In this document: piece after piece, positions 10,468 through 24,282 of the stretch | How positions within the stretch are numbered: the stretch's first letter is position 1 | How the letters are laid out: each line of letters starts with the position of its first letter | DNA from: Haliotis rufescens | Lineage: Eukaryota | Direction of reading: 5' to 3' | Assembly: GCF_023055435.1 (NCBI RefSeq) | Contig: NW_025964279.1 | Span: 2,666,001-2,730,000 of the forward strand | Length of the DNA: 64,000 nt | Position numbers and translations under genes: made by a program | The notes under the pieces: model-generated | The model's input: the letters and a program-made list of their open reading frames with translations, nothing else | What the model was told of the DNA's origin: nothing | Database searches by the model: none

Positions 10468-11822
10468 ATGGAATCTTACTTTGATAACATGGAATCTGAC
10501 AGTGAATATATGGGCCGAAGAAAGGTAAGCATCAATTTACTCTTATAAAAAAAGTTTCAAATGGTCTGTTTATAATGTGTAAATTACATGTGCTTGTTCG
10601 TGACTGAAACACGTGGCTAATTTAATATTCATAGGTATGGGAATAGACTGTGGGTTTTTCCCTTTCTCAATACTCTAAATAAGTATTCTTTTTGTCTGTC
10701 TTACATTCAAGTCTATAATAATTGGCAAGTCTAGATTACTGCAGTACCAGGGTGAAGAGAGTCTCTGGTCTTTTTATTATATTTTTATTAAGATAATTTA
10801 ACAACTGTTTTCTGTAGGATATGTTCATTTCAGAGACTAGAGTCATGCGAAGCGTTCTTTCAGAACATATATTTTGATAACCTGAAATATTATATGCAAA
10901 CATGAATACATTTCATATGAAACTGTTTTTTTCTCCAGAGTCGAAAGATAATGGCTGAAAAACGGCGACGAGCTAGAATCAACCAAAGCCTGTCAACAAT
11001 CAAAAGCATCTTGTGTGCGGCACATAAACGAAGTGTAAGTAGCTCCCTTTGATGTTTACAATCTATATTCACATTCACATACTCCTATTTCAAATTAAAG
11101 ACGGAAATAATATCTTTCTTGTTTTTAAAAATAATTTCTTAAATATCACGATGTATGCCTTGGTTATTTATTGTTATTAATTTTTCCAGGACCCCAACTA
11201 TGAGAAGATGGAGAAGGCCGAGATTCTGGAGACGACTGTAGATTATCTGAGGAACGTCAGGAAGATCAGCACCACACATCAACACGTCAAAGAAGCAGTT
11301 CAAGCCAGATTCCAACATGGCTTCTCCAAATGTGCTGAAGAAATCCTCTCCTACATTCAGTCTCTGCCAGGAGTGTCGGACAATGTACATCGTCAGCTGA
11401 GGAAACACATCTCTCGACGTATGATGCACATTCAGCAGGTGCCCATGACATCATCAACAGATGATGTGACGTCATACACAAGTCAGTGCTCCGAGCGACT
11501 GAGAACAATACCCTCCCTCAATGTCCAATATCAACATCCGGCTGCGCCAGCGTACATGAACAGGACAGTGTGCACTTCCCCTGTGAAGGAGGACAATAGT
11601 TTCTCAGACAGTGGATATGCTGGTTCTCCTGATAGTGTCAAACAATCCACCCCCAGAGCCGGACACTATCACTCACTTAATCTCTCAGATTCAGAACTTA
11701 GTTGTAAAATACCATCAGAAATGGTTGACAAAGACTCGAGAGTGAGGGCGTGGCTCCAGACCACGTGGTCCTACTCACAGCAGATCAAGACGGAGCAACA
11801 GGTTCCATGGAGACCCTGGTAA
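10468..11822 (+). CDS. Hes: HES-family repressor, paralog 2; exons 10468-10524, 10939-11034, 11190-11822; 261 aa
   Basis: Same structure as paralog 1; exon 2 SRKIMAEKRRRARINQSLSTIKSILCAAHKRS; Orange domain; WRPW; no frameshifts or stops. Confidence 0.95.
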
Positions 11823-13399
11823 AATGCTCCATGCAACTTTATATGAACAATAGCTGTGATTTTGTATACGATATAAAAGTGCTATTTCATACAAGACATT
11901 TCATATTCATTGTCTGTGATAAATTATATTCGTTGATATATGAAATATAATTTAACTCTACTATACTTCGTTGTTGTAATTGTTTTTTTCGAGTTTATAT
12001 CAGTAGAATGCACTAGTACACCTTGATTAGAATAGGTTACCAGGAATCTGTTCTGCTAGCTACTTGGGATTGAAGTGACGATGCATAACGATTAAGTTAC
12101 TATCAAAGTAGTAAAACATTATGATCCTTTATACTGTCGTCAGCTTGCTTCTGAAAGAAAAACAATCTGGCAATGAGCACTTAGACATGTGTACAAACAG
12201 AATCACAAATAAATATTTGATATTGAACTAAAATCAAAACTCACTTGCTTAATAATTTTCCTATCATTCGACTTGCCATATGGCTCGCTATAACACAACT
12301 GCCATGGTGGTAAACCTGTGTTGCAATAGTCTTGCCGTGGTGCTATACAGACTGTTGCAAAAGTTAAAATGTCAGCACAAAGTTAATCACATCTAATGGT
12401 CATACATGGCTACAGTGAGCGTCAACTTTTCCTATTAAAGGTCTCTACGAAAATGTAATCCCCAGAATTGGGTTAACCGTTTTGTACAATACTTCACAGT
12501 TGTTGTGGAACGTATTGGTAAAGAATAGGCAAAAATGACGCAGATGTGTTCCACTGACAAAGTCCCTGCAAAACAAACACAGGTGAAATTGCATATCACA
12601 GAAGTTGAATTTTTAGAATTAAATTTAACTGGTTTAATTAAATCAGATGGTAAAACCTGGTGAACAGACCATGTGTTTACCAGGTGCAAGCTTGAACCTT
12701 TGCAACTTTTAAAATGCCTGGCGGCGACATCATATCCATAAAGGTACTCCATTAAAGCACAACTCCGTCCAAACTCCTCCTGAATAGACACAAACAATGA
12801 ATACACAATTGAAAGTATATAAAATCCGTGTGTTATCCGTGTGTTCATTATGAACGACCTCCACCCAGCTCCTGCACGCCTCGAACTGGGACAGTGGGAA
12901 TGTTGTGACACTAATCACGACAGGTGCCCGTATGTCAGGTGACCTTACCAGAGCGTGACAACGCGAAGTGTCACATAGCTGTACATTGAAGGGGAGTGGC
13001 GGAATGGGCCCCTTGTCCGAAATTATTGATGTGATATTATTTGTGGGGACATTACTGAAGCACGTTCCTTGGGCCAAATCTTGGCGCCACATCCAGCACT
13101 GCGCCATACAATTTGTACATTAGACCAATTTTTCTTGCATAAGTAAGTTCAACCTGCTCAATATTTTGACGGTGTGGTGTGATCAATCATCGTTCGTTTT
13201 GACTGCTAGTTACAGTCAGCTACTCTATACTCAATGCACACAAGCATATTATTCGCATCACGGGATATTCAAGCCAAGTACCATACAGTTTTATAATCTG
13301 TCACTCCTTCTAAACTGTTATTAATATTACAGCTTTCTTAGCGATTCTCACAGGGTGCATTTTGCACCGTGTTCGTTCACAACTATCTGGTAGCACCCT

Positions 13400-13757
13400 C
13401 ACACCCAGACATTATTATGATAACAGTTTGGTGTCAAATAATCACCCGCATTGTCTGATAATTACAATCAGTAGCCCAATAACTAGTTGCTGAAAGGCCA
13501 AGTCGTTAGTGTCATTTGCCGGCCATAAGGAAACCGTTAATTATTCCGATAGGGGGCGCCACCTTCTCTACAAGCAGCGGGGAACTGCACGTGGTGGCAT
13601 TCTGATGCACGTGTTCGTAGTGTCCAGCAATGTCCGAGTGTTGAATGGACAATCAGTTATTATTCCACTTGACAAAAAAGGTTGTTTTCCCATCGGTGTA
13701 AAGGTCACGAAATAATTCAACAAAGTGACTGGACTTTGTGTGAAGCATTCGACAGGT
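13400..13757 (+). promoter_or_regulatory. Duplicated non-coding module A
   Basis: Paralogous to ~6025-6372. Confidence 0.6.
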
Positions 13758-16700
13758 GGTAGAGAGTGAGTTGGGTTTAACGCCGCTTTGAACAATATTC
13801 CAGTTATGTCATGGCGTGTCACCTTTATGGAATACTGTAAGGGACATTCTCGCGCTCTCGCATTCATCTTGATGTTGAAAGAAAGCAAAATATGTTTTTT
13901 AAACCTGCGAGTATTGTAACATTTTGACTGACCACAGATAATATTAAACCTTGGTAATCCTCAGAGGTTTAGGGACTGGATGTTTTGAAATGTTATAACA
14001 ATTCACAATTGAAATATATCGCTGTTTGAGTCGCGCGCACACTGTGCACACTTATTTGTTTCTTGAACTGATCTATTCAAAACTGACCACACTTGTATCT
14101 GTGACTTGCAATATTTGAGTAAACATGAGAAGTTTTGTTCACCTCGCTCAAAACGAAAAAAAATAATTAAATCCACATTTTCGTTATTTTCTTTTTCATT
14201 GTGTGAAATCCAACAACAGATCTGGTCAAAGGTCACTTCTCAGTCTTAGCAACTGTTTCGTCCACGAGTGGGAGTGTCCGCGCCTTGTAAATGTGTCCAA
14301 ACATGCTTACCTGGAAATAAAGACAGCATGTGGAATTATTGATACCTTGTCACCCCATTATTCCCTATCAGCTGTTTTGTCCAGCCCAGAGGGGATTCAC
14401 CACCAGAAAGACCATTATAAACTGGATGGATGGTCGTGAACAATGACGTTACGTCACAGATCTCAGCGTGACGTCATAATGATCTGTGATATACCATGGT
14501 GTTTATAACACAGACAGTGTCGTGAAGTGTTGACACTAATGGACTTTTTTCACTCTTTGAGAAAGGGATATTCAGAATACATACCGTTCTTCAACACTTC
14601 ATGAGCCGGACAGAGAGTTGAGTACCTGTTAGCCTTGCTCCAGGTTACACACAACCAAATGTTTTCCCATAGACTTCTATAGTAACGTTATATTTTTTTA
14701 GAAATAACTAAGCATTCATCAGCTATTACCTGTACGTGTGTGCACAGTTTGGCCTTAGAGCAGCAATAAAAAAATAAAAAATGACTAGCTTAGCCGGCTC
14801 CTTTTCCGAGTACAGGAAGCTAAACACACCACCCCCAGTTTCGCACCAAATGTCACCTACTTGAAAATAGCTGTGGTCACATTCAGCATAAGTCATCATG
14901 TTGAAAAAGACTGTACTAAATATAGAAAAACATGGTCAGTTTTAATAACTGGGTGGATGTACATTTGAAAGACATTAAAATCTTACAGAATATCCTCCAA
15001 TCACAGCCTGCAGATATCTCTCGATCTGCACTGAGGGCTTACGAAAACCGCACTGGCCAAACTGGTTCTGATTTGGTTTAGTAGAACCTCCAAGGTCGAA
15101 CTGAAAGATAAGACCATGGATGTGTAATAATTCTTTCTACGGAAGTCTAGATAATTTGACAGGAAGCCTGTCTCTTATTGGGACAACTTGTTCTTATTAT
15201 TTATATTCATGTAATCTAGAAATTATGATTTAAACTAATAATTACTGCCTTAGAGACGTGTGCACGTTTAAATAATTGTGATCACTGTAAGATTTGTGGT
15301 GTTATAATGGGTGCATGTGCTAGTATGCAAAAAATGTGCATTCTTTATATTATAAAATATTAGACCAGGTGTATTGGTTTGGCAATTAAAGTAGGACGTA
15401 ACTTATCTATGGTGTTATAGAAAAATGGACATGTTAATTTATTAAACACGACTACGTATAGACTAAAACTAAGTCTATGGGATCTTACATGACAAAACAC
15501 CCTTCTCGACTCTAAAAATAAAATAAATAAATTTCCCTATGCTGATTTCATAGACTGTGCTAGAGCATAGAGCTAGCTAGAACCGGCTAGACTTTTGTAT
15601 ACGTTTCTAGATTGTTTCTTTTTCATAAAATAAATATACCCTACAGTCATGACTAGACTACGTATAACAAGCACATATACGCTGACTCTATAGCGATATG
15701 AGTATTATTTCGTAGCGTGTGTGTAAGAATTGGTTTAAAGGGACATGGCTAAGTATAATATAATGAAGGCTATTAATAAAGAAAATTACAACAATAATTC
15801 TTCAAAATATAGAATGAGATTATACTATATCTGTGAACGCTGGTGTTTAAGAGGTTGGGGTCTTATTACTGCGTGGAAACCGTTTTCCCTGATTACAGAC
15901 AGATTGATAGTTTATAACAGTCTCACCATATGTGTACAATACATTAAGAATAAAAAATACAGTGAAGAATGAATGATATGAAATCACCCGTGGATCTTTA
16001 AACTTTTATAAGTATTGACGGTATATTTATCATGAGAGAAGGAGAGGGATTTGGTGTTTTACGTGCGCTTTCCGACTTAATGCGTATTTCGCACACGGGC
16101 CCGCCAGGCCAATTTGTGGTTTTACCAAGGAGGGTATGTCCGAAAAGGAAGGGCAACCTTGGGGACTTTATTTTATTTTATTTTTTTAAAGGTTTTAGCG
16201 TGGTATAAGTGATTTTGTTGTTTATTAGATGCATTATTTATCATCTGTAGTGATGCAGGTCATAGGTCATATTGGACTTCGCGACACCCTACACCTTAAT
16301 ATGTGGATTTCCACACTGCACAACACGTAACATCATTCCAGAAACGTATGCGTCTATACTATTACGTACCGATGCGTCAATACGGTGACGTGTAAGTCTA
16401 ATAAAGGAACACATTATCTACCTGTTCTGACACTAACGACTTTCACTCTGAGTAGATGGTTAATTACCAGGTTGTGATAAAAAGAATTACCACATGACAC
16501 ACAATCGCTATCCAAACCATGTCTGAGTGGAGCGTGGCACAACGGGGTCGTGAAATATGTTATATGTATATTTTTATGGTGCTATTGTGTCTCATTAGCC
16601 GTTATAGAATTGACTTTGTATTTTTACGTGTATGTGTAATAATATTATTACATTTGTATCCAATCTTGTTTTAGTGCAAAGTGTGACCCATTAATGAAAT

Positions 16701-17014
16701 AATGTTCTTCTTCTAATATAAAGAAGGGTTCTGTGTTCAAGATGTGTTTCTTGTAAGTTATAGACACAGTCACATTAATTGACATGGATGTGAGTAACAG
16801 CCTTGGCTCACCACTGTGTGACAATGAATTTACTTGTGATGCTTGTGATATGTTTTACATATAATTGAGCAACTTCATACTTTACAGCAAAATATACCGG
16901 ACAGGACTATTAATTCATATAAACAAGTATCATATTTCATGTATTAGTTAGTATCCAGATAATAAGAAGACAGGCAGATATACCCTAGTTTATGTTTGAG
17001 TCTCACTTTCGCAA

Positions 17015-17180
17015 GGGGCGGTCGGGTAGCCTCTTGGTTAAAACGTTCGCTCGTCACGCCGAAGACCCGGGTTCGAATCCCGACATGGGTACAATGTGTG
17101 AAGCCCATTTCTGATGTCCCCCGCCGTGATATTGCTGGAATATTGCTAAAAGCGGCGTGAAACCAAACTCACTCACTCAC
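17015..17180 (+). mobile_element. SINE family A
   Basis: Full-length GGGGCGGTCGGGTAGCC...(ACTC)n. Confidence 0.9.
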
Positions 17181-17919
17181 CTTCACAAATATGAAACATA
17201 CACAAAAACATTACAGTATTTGACCCATTCGCCAAGGAATTATGAGAGACTTTTTGCCAGTAATAATATACACGTTGAATGCTTAGACACACATAAAACA
17301 GCACCTGTACATTATAGTAATACATTAAATATTGACTTTATACACCCCTGTACATATATTTACATTTCGCTGTTTTGAGTATAAAATATATTGGGTCTTA
17401 GAAGACACATATCAGGGCTGAGAAAAAAACCTGTAGTTTTCCCTCAATCAGTGAAATTAAGTTAAAATGTCATTACACATGTTCACAATAGAAACACGTG
17501 ACCGTCTATACGTCCGTCAACGTCATCTACACGACGGCAGCAAAAGTGGATTAATACGGATTAGCATGTCTACACGCGATTATGGTATTTCCGTTGGTAA
17601 CATTCAGTTATTAGCTTGTTCACTGAAAATAAGAGAGCAAATAAAGTGGAAACCGATCAACGAGACCACGTGGTTACCTTATTCTTTTTCAAGAATGGGT
17701 CTGGCATTGAAAACAAACACTTAAAAGCAATAACATTTAAGATTGTTGCTAATACGTGACAAATAACGTTTTAAATTATGATAAGACTGTTTCAGTCAAA
17801 CTGAAATTTATTTGTATATATAATAAATGAAACTTCATGTAACGTTAAACGACGAATGCGACTTTGCGAGTGTCACACTCACTCCAAATAGGTGGGAAAA
17901 TTGATTGAATGAAACTCTA

Positions 17920-18264
17920 AATTGTTGACAGGCAGATTGTTGACAGGACGGGTGTTCATTTACGTTAGGCCTCGTGTCACGCCAAGCAAGATGCTCCCTG
18001 CTCCTGAAGAATATCATCCCTGTCGGGTCGTGAGAAGAACATCTGTCTCTTGGTGATGTTTAACGAGAGCCGGCGCGTGCCACCACTTAAGCTAGGCGTG
18101 CGCTGATTGGCTGCGTGTATCGGATCGCGCCGGGCTATTCAGATGTCAAAACATAACTGTGCATAGATTAGCGTGGGTAGGGGAATGTTAGGGGTATAAA
18201 GGCGGGTCGGGAGGCCGCGTTCCATCACACTAACTTGTCTCTCAGAGCTGACAACATCGCAGTG
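17920..18264 (+). promoter_or_regulatory. Proximal promoter/5'UTR of Hes paralog 3
   Basis: TATAAA 18195-18200; CGTGAGAA 18029-18036; class-C site 18072-18081; locally duplicated ATTGTTGACAGG. Confidence 0.8.
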
Positions 18265-19624
18265 ATGGAATCTTACTTTCAAAACACGGAACCTGGCAGT
18301 GAATATATGGGCCGAAGAAAGGTAGGCTTGCTCATATCATTAAGTTTCAAATGCACTGTTTACAACCTCTAAATAATATGTGCTTGTTTACACCACGAAC
18401 ACGTGGCTAATTTCATAATCATGAGAAATGGGAATAGACTGTGTCCCAGTCGTTATATTTGATAGAATCACGTGTCGTGATCTTCATTGCATTTACATTC
18501 ACATCGTTGTTTCATTCTGATCTGGGTTTTTTCAGGGTCGAAAGTTAATGGCTGAAAAACGGCGACGAGCCAGAATCAACCAGTGTCTGTCAGAAATCAA
18601 GGGCATCGTGTGTGGAGCTCATCAACAAAATGTAAGTATTCTTACTTATATTTAACTAAGTATTTACATCTCATTTTAATGTCAGTTTACTTGTTGATAT
18701 ATATGAAAATTTTCACGAATGTTTTTTTCTATAGACCCAAGGGATGAAAAACGTATGATAGTTTTGGTGATAATAGCTGAACCACAAAATACGCTCATCT
18801 TTAAGCGATCACCTGGTGTCATCACTAATTGATATATAAAATATATTGAAATATAAACACTTATTTCTGACATTGGTATGTTTATCGTCGTTGGCTTGAT
18901 TTTCAAACTATCTATATTTTGAAACAATTTACGCGTCTTTTATATTACTATAATTCAATTACATAATTTATTGTCATTGTTCAAGGACCCAAACTATGAC
19001 AAGATGGAGAAGGCCGAGATTCTGGAGACGACCGTAGATTATCTGAGGAACGTCAGGAAGATCAGCACCACACATCAACACGTCAAAGAAGCAGTTCAAG
19101 CCAGATTCCAACATGGCTTCTCCAAATGTGCTGAAGAAATCCTCTCCTACATTCAGTCTCTGCCAGGAGTGTCGGACAATGTACACCGTCAGCTGAGAAA
19201 ACACATCTCTCGACGCACGACGCACATTCAACAGGTGCCCGTGACGTCATCAACAGATGATGTGACGTCATACACAAGTCAGTGCTATGAGAGACTGAGC
19301 GCAGCGCCTTCCCACAGTTCCCAATATCAACATCCGGCTGCGCCAGCGTACATGAGAAGGACAGTGTGCACTTCCCCCGTGAAGGAGGACAATAGTTTCT
19401 CAGACAGTGGATATGCTGGTTCTCCTGACATTATCAAACAATCCACCCCCAGAACCGGACACTATCACTCATCCAATCTTTCAGATTCAGAACTTTGTAA
19501 AATGGAGTCGAGCAGAATCCACAAAAACTTTGATGACTCGAGAGTGAGGGCGTGGCTCCAGAGTACGTGGTCCTACTCTCAACAAATCAAGACGGAGCAA
19601 CAGGTTCCATGGAGGCCGTGGTGA
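18265..19624 (+). CDS. Hes: HES-family repressor, paralog 3; exons 18265-18321, 18536-18631, 18986-19624; 263 aa
   Basis: Exon 1 MESYFQNTEPGSEYMGRRK; exon 2 GRKLMAEKRRRARINQCLSEIKGIVCGAHQQN; exon 3 acceptor is ttcaag (AAG rather than CAG); WRPW. Confidence 0.94.
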
Positions 19625-20250
19625 ATTGCTTTATACAGAATATGAACTTATGATTCACAGTTACATAAATAAATATTATGGTGCAACAATCGCATCACAT
19701 AGTGCTTATTCTATTCATATACTTTCATATAAATTGTCTGTGGTATATTACACATGTTGATGAATATAAATGATTTATTTACGAACATCTTTTTGCGTTA
19801 TATATTTTCATATTATTGGCGACTTTCCATTCAATGGATAACATGCCCGTGTTTAACACACGGAATAGACCTTCTTGAGTTATCATGCTATCAACCACTT
19901 GTTTGTGATGGACCGGATCCAGTTGTTCCGTAAAATTATGTTGCATAGTGAAATTGAAACACTTGCATTGGAAACTATGAAAAAGGGCAAGATAGACACA
20001 TGAACTTGTGGATAACACTTGATGAATTGTTATTAAAACGTGAAAGTGTATCAGAAAAAGTATGTAGCGTGATAAGAAAAAGAAAGTATACACCCAAGTT
20101 TTATGGCTAAAAATGAAACATGAATGGTTATTAGATGGTGATGTATTTCATACGGGTATCATAGTTGTGTGTCTTCAGCCTTGTAACATTTGTAATTGTT
20201 TTGTCAATCTAATTTACAAGTGTATAGCTCAGAAGAATTTATGACTCTGT

Positions 20251-20505
20251 CCGTTAAGATCCGGGACAGAATAGGTCTTCAGCAGCAACCCATGCTTGCC
20301 GAAAAGGTGACTGCTTGCCGTAATGGGCGCCTAACAGGATCGGGTTGTCGGACTCACTGACTTGATGCAAGTCATCGTATCCCGATTGTGTGGATCGATG
20401 CTCATGGTGATCATCACTGGATTGTCTGGTCCAGACTAGACTCTTTGCTGACCGCCGCCATAAAGCTGGAATATTGCTGAGTGCGGCGTTAAACAACAAA
20501 CCAAG
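20251..20505 (+). mobile_element. Short retroposon family B
   Basis: Consensus match. Confidence 0.8.
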
Positions 20506-21077
20506 ACTCAAGCGTCTGTAACCAGCAATGGCTGTCAGACATGTTTCAAGATGGCGCCATCAACACGAGAGACGCTTTTTCAATATATATTTTTTTCAGG
20601 TTTCATTTAGTCAAACGACCTTGATCTGTGCAATGTATATCTTAAGGATTCAATGATCCCATCGCTACAAATTCAAAAAAACTAATATGTTTACATTTCC
20701 CTTTGTTTTTTGTTTTTGCTTACAAAACCATCCGCACTCAGCATTATTCCAGCTATACAAGTTGCCTGTAAATAATCCAGTGATCATGCGATTCAATCTA
20801 CGCAGTTGGGGTACGATGACAAACATCAACCAATTCCTATTATATAGTGAAGCAGTGGTAAAAGCGTTGATTATTCAGACCGAAGGCCCGGGTTCGATTC
20901 CCTACTTGGATACAGTAATGATTTCTGCCGTGATATTAGCTTGAACCTTTATCCTTGTGGTTCTTAGTCACGAATCTCGTGGATTAGGTCACTACAAACA
21001 AATATAAATAACACTTATAACACGTTAGTACATTCCCCATATGCCCGAAGCAGGGAGTTAATGGATAACAACCTTTT

Positions 21078-21236
21078 TCGGTCGGGTAGCCTAGTGGTTA
21101 AAGCGTTCGCTCGTCACGCCTAAGACCCGGGTTCGATTCCCGACTTTGGTCCTATGTTTGAAGCCCATTTCTGGTGTTCCCCGCCGTGATATTGCTGGAA
21201 TATTGATAAAAGCTGCGTTAAACCATACTCACTCAC
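21078..21236 (+). mobile_element. SINE family A inserted in a palindromic Penelope-like repeat
   Basis: Consensus match; interrupts the element at ~21058-21395. Confidence 0.88.
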
Positions 21237-21669
21237 TATTTACTGTAAAGGCGACGTTTCGGTATAGATCCTTATAGCGTTGTCAAGCCTTGCCGAAAAC
21301 CAAAATGTCGCTTTTACGGTAAATAAATAAGCTGTTATCCATAAATTGTGTCCATTTTGTCATCCGCCAACTTGTGATAATGCCTATCAAACAATTTAAG
21401 GGAGTTTTTTTAAGTCAGTTAACTCCCTTGCCTCGGGAAGATGTACATCCCCAAACATTTAGTATATTTTGCATTTATTCATGAAGTTGATCTGGTTACT
21501 TTCAAAAGTAGAAAACGCACCCAAATTTAATTTTAAATGTTTTTATATTGCGATTTCATTTTCGTCCGAAGTTTCAGGCATACTTGATAACTTCTAAACG
21601 AGAAGTTAAATTCTTGTGTAAGATATTAAATATGGTAGAAAATAACCTTTTTGTCACAGCAACACCATT

Positions 21670-22080
21670 CGTCACCACTCGCCCCTTTTCAAGAAGACTC
21701 GTCCCTCTATCGATGAATGTTATGTGCGAAAATACGACAAACCAATCAGAATGCGCGCATGATTTCAAGTTCTTCGTCAAAGGATCCCTCAGAAATAATT
21801 TTTGATTTTACATACGTCTTGCATCTAAAAATATACCCAAGACACAGTTACATGTGTTCAAATCATACTGTATTTATTCCGCATGTCCCGATGTGATTTA
21901 AATTGCATCTGTAATATATATAATATAAGGGGAAATATGTTAACCATTACGCAACGAGTTGACAATTGTTTTAGCTTTGCCCGTTGCGCTAAGACGGAAC
22001 CCGGTCGCAAAAATGGCCATGAGAGGGGCACGAGTCGCTATTCGGCTTGTCCCGGAATAACACGAGTTGGTCACGAATGA
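21670..22080 (+). repeat. ~400-bp direct duplication with 30750-31170
   Basis: Near-identical blocks 1.6-2 kb downstream of paralogs 3 and 4; either a transposon or part of the duplicated unit. Confidence 0.75.
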
Positions 22081-22989
22081 CAGCAACACATCTTAATAAA
22101 AAAATACGACGTCAGCACCAAAGAACACACAAATGCAAGTATTTAGAAACATTGCCCAAGAAGGTATAATAAATAGTATCTCTCCACCAAAAAGCCCGCA
22201 CGCCTCGAACTGGTGAAGTCGGAAGTCGTGACACTAATCACGGCAGGTGCCCGTATGTCACGTGACGCTATTAGCACGTGACGACGCGAAGTGTCACATC
22301 GCGATACACTCGGAATCATTGTGAAGGTATGCCGTGGGAAGCGGGCCGTTACAAAACTGTAGTCGTAGATAATTGGAATTTTCATTGAAGTGTCACACTG
22401 GCCGCGCATGGCCCGTGGCTGATAAAACCACAGCTGATACTCTCGTTTATATTGTCTGTTGGTGTACATTATGTTTTCTTGTTTTGAGAAATGCGTATTG
22501 AAGTGGCAATTTCCTCAACTTTATGTGGTCGCTTATAAAACTACTGTTTATAAATATCACGTATTGTCCACTTTCCCGTTTCCACAAACACTTGGAAAAT
22601 CTTCACCATGACCTCAGCGCTGCGTTCCACCGTTTTCCCAATATGTCATCACTTGAAAAATGTATATATTTATTGGTCGATAATAAGTAAATATCATATT
22701 GTTGATTCGAATCGTTATATTCAAAGATGATTAAATTATAAAGATACAAATTGTAAATACGTATAATATTATTTACTTCACAAATTGATAATAACCTGGG
22801 ACGCGACGTTAAACCCCATTTCAAATAACCTCAAAATTGCTAACAAACACATTTTGTTGGCAATTTTGAGGTGATGTGAAATGGGGTTTAACGTCGCGTC
22901 CAAGCTTATTATCAAATATATATATATATAAGCGTTGCTCTGAGCTCCATTTGGATATATAATTTTAGCGTTGCTCTGGGCTCCATTTG

Positions 22990-23300
22990 GATATATATGT
23001 CCAAATGGAGCTCAGAGCAATGCTAAAATTCAGAGCTGAGGCAATCTAGACTTGACAAGTCCTTCTAAACTTGAGTTGGATTCCTTTTTAAAGTATTTAC
23101 GAGTGTGCACTAAATTGTAATCATAATCAGGAAGTCTATTAGACTTAAATTTAGTCATTTAAATATATACATATATCCACACACAAAATCTAGGCTTGCC
23201 AAATGATTCTACTCTATTCTGAGTTTCCCTTTTCAATATATTCTCCAGGGTCTGAGAGATAGACCAGGGTTCTATATGCGATAGACCTGCCGTCATAATA
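22990..23300 (+). mobile_element. Interspersed repeat family E (TCCAAATGGAG...TCTAGACTTG); close inverted copy 5493-5775, fragments at 792-910, 37230-37330, 43250-43340
   Basis: Multi-copy in both orientations; class not determined. Confidence 0.6.
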
Positions 23301-24282
23301 TGTGCTCTCCTCACGGATATAATGCCTAAAGTATTTATTTATTCACGTATACAAGAACCATAAGAACAAAATTAACTATTCTCTTCACCTTCTACTTTAG
23401 TTAAGCTAAAACCGATCAACAATACAGAAACTATGCTCATTTATTATTACTTTCGTTGCTTTGAATAAGAAAAAAAGATAAAGATGTTCTGTATTAGAAA
23501 TATGAAATATGGAATGGTCCACATTCTAGGATTGTTTTTGATTTGAAGATCCATCAGTTCTATTTTTTTAAACATATTTTACAAACAATAATGCCACTTT
23601 GACATCATATATTGTAACTAAAACCCAATCCATTTTGTTATCCTATATGTAATAAGTGTTATATGCAAAAATACCCGTGAAGGTCCGGGTTAGAATAGGT
23701 CTTCAGCAACCCATGCTTGCCGTCAAATTCGACAAGGCTTTTCGTAAGAGGCGACTAACGGGATTTAACAGTCCTTAAATTAAGTTAGGACGTAGATTGA
23801 ATCTCTTTGGTTTGGACGCGACTTTGTAATAAATATGGCTGAAGAAAGATAAAGCTGTCCTGTTTTTTTTTTAGTGTGCAATGTTTCATGACGTATAATT
23901 TTCCACAGTGAAATTGTGGTAAGAAAAGTTTTTTATCATTTCACGTCGGAGCGAAAACTAAGAGCGCGCGGGAGATGGGAATAGAATACGGACACCCTCA
24001 AGAAACTACTGAAATTTTGTCTCGGCGACTGTTCCGTAGTATTGATTATTGTTTGCCGCCACTCTCAGCAATATTCCAGCTATATGCTGGTGGTCTGTGC
24101 ACAGTCGATACTGAACCGGACAAGCTAGTGATTGATATTATGAGCGATCCACGCCGTCAGGATACGATGACACGCAATAAACCAAATCGTCGAGCCTGAC
24201 CACAACTCGCCTCTAACAACAAGCATTGTTGTGCTGGGGGACAAGTCGAATTCACAACCCCAGCAGGGCCCGTCAAATAGGA

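Noticed and set aside
17015-17090. tRNA-Asp gene
   Set aside because: No proper acceptor stem; always fused to a SINE body and tail, often with TSDs.
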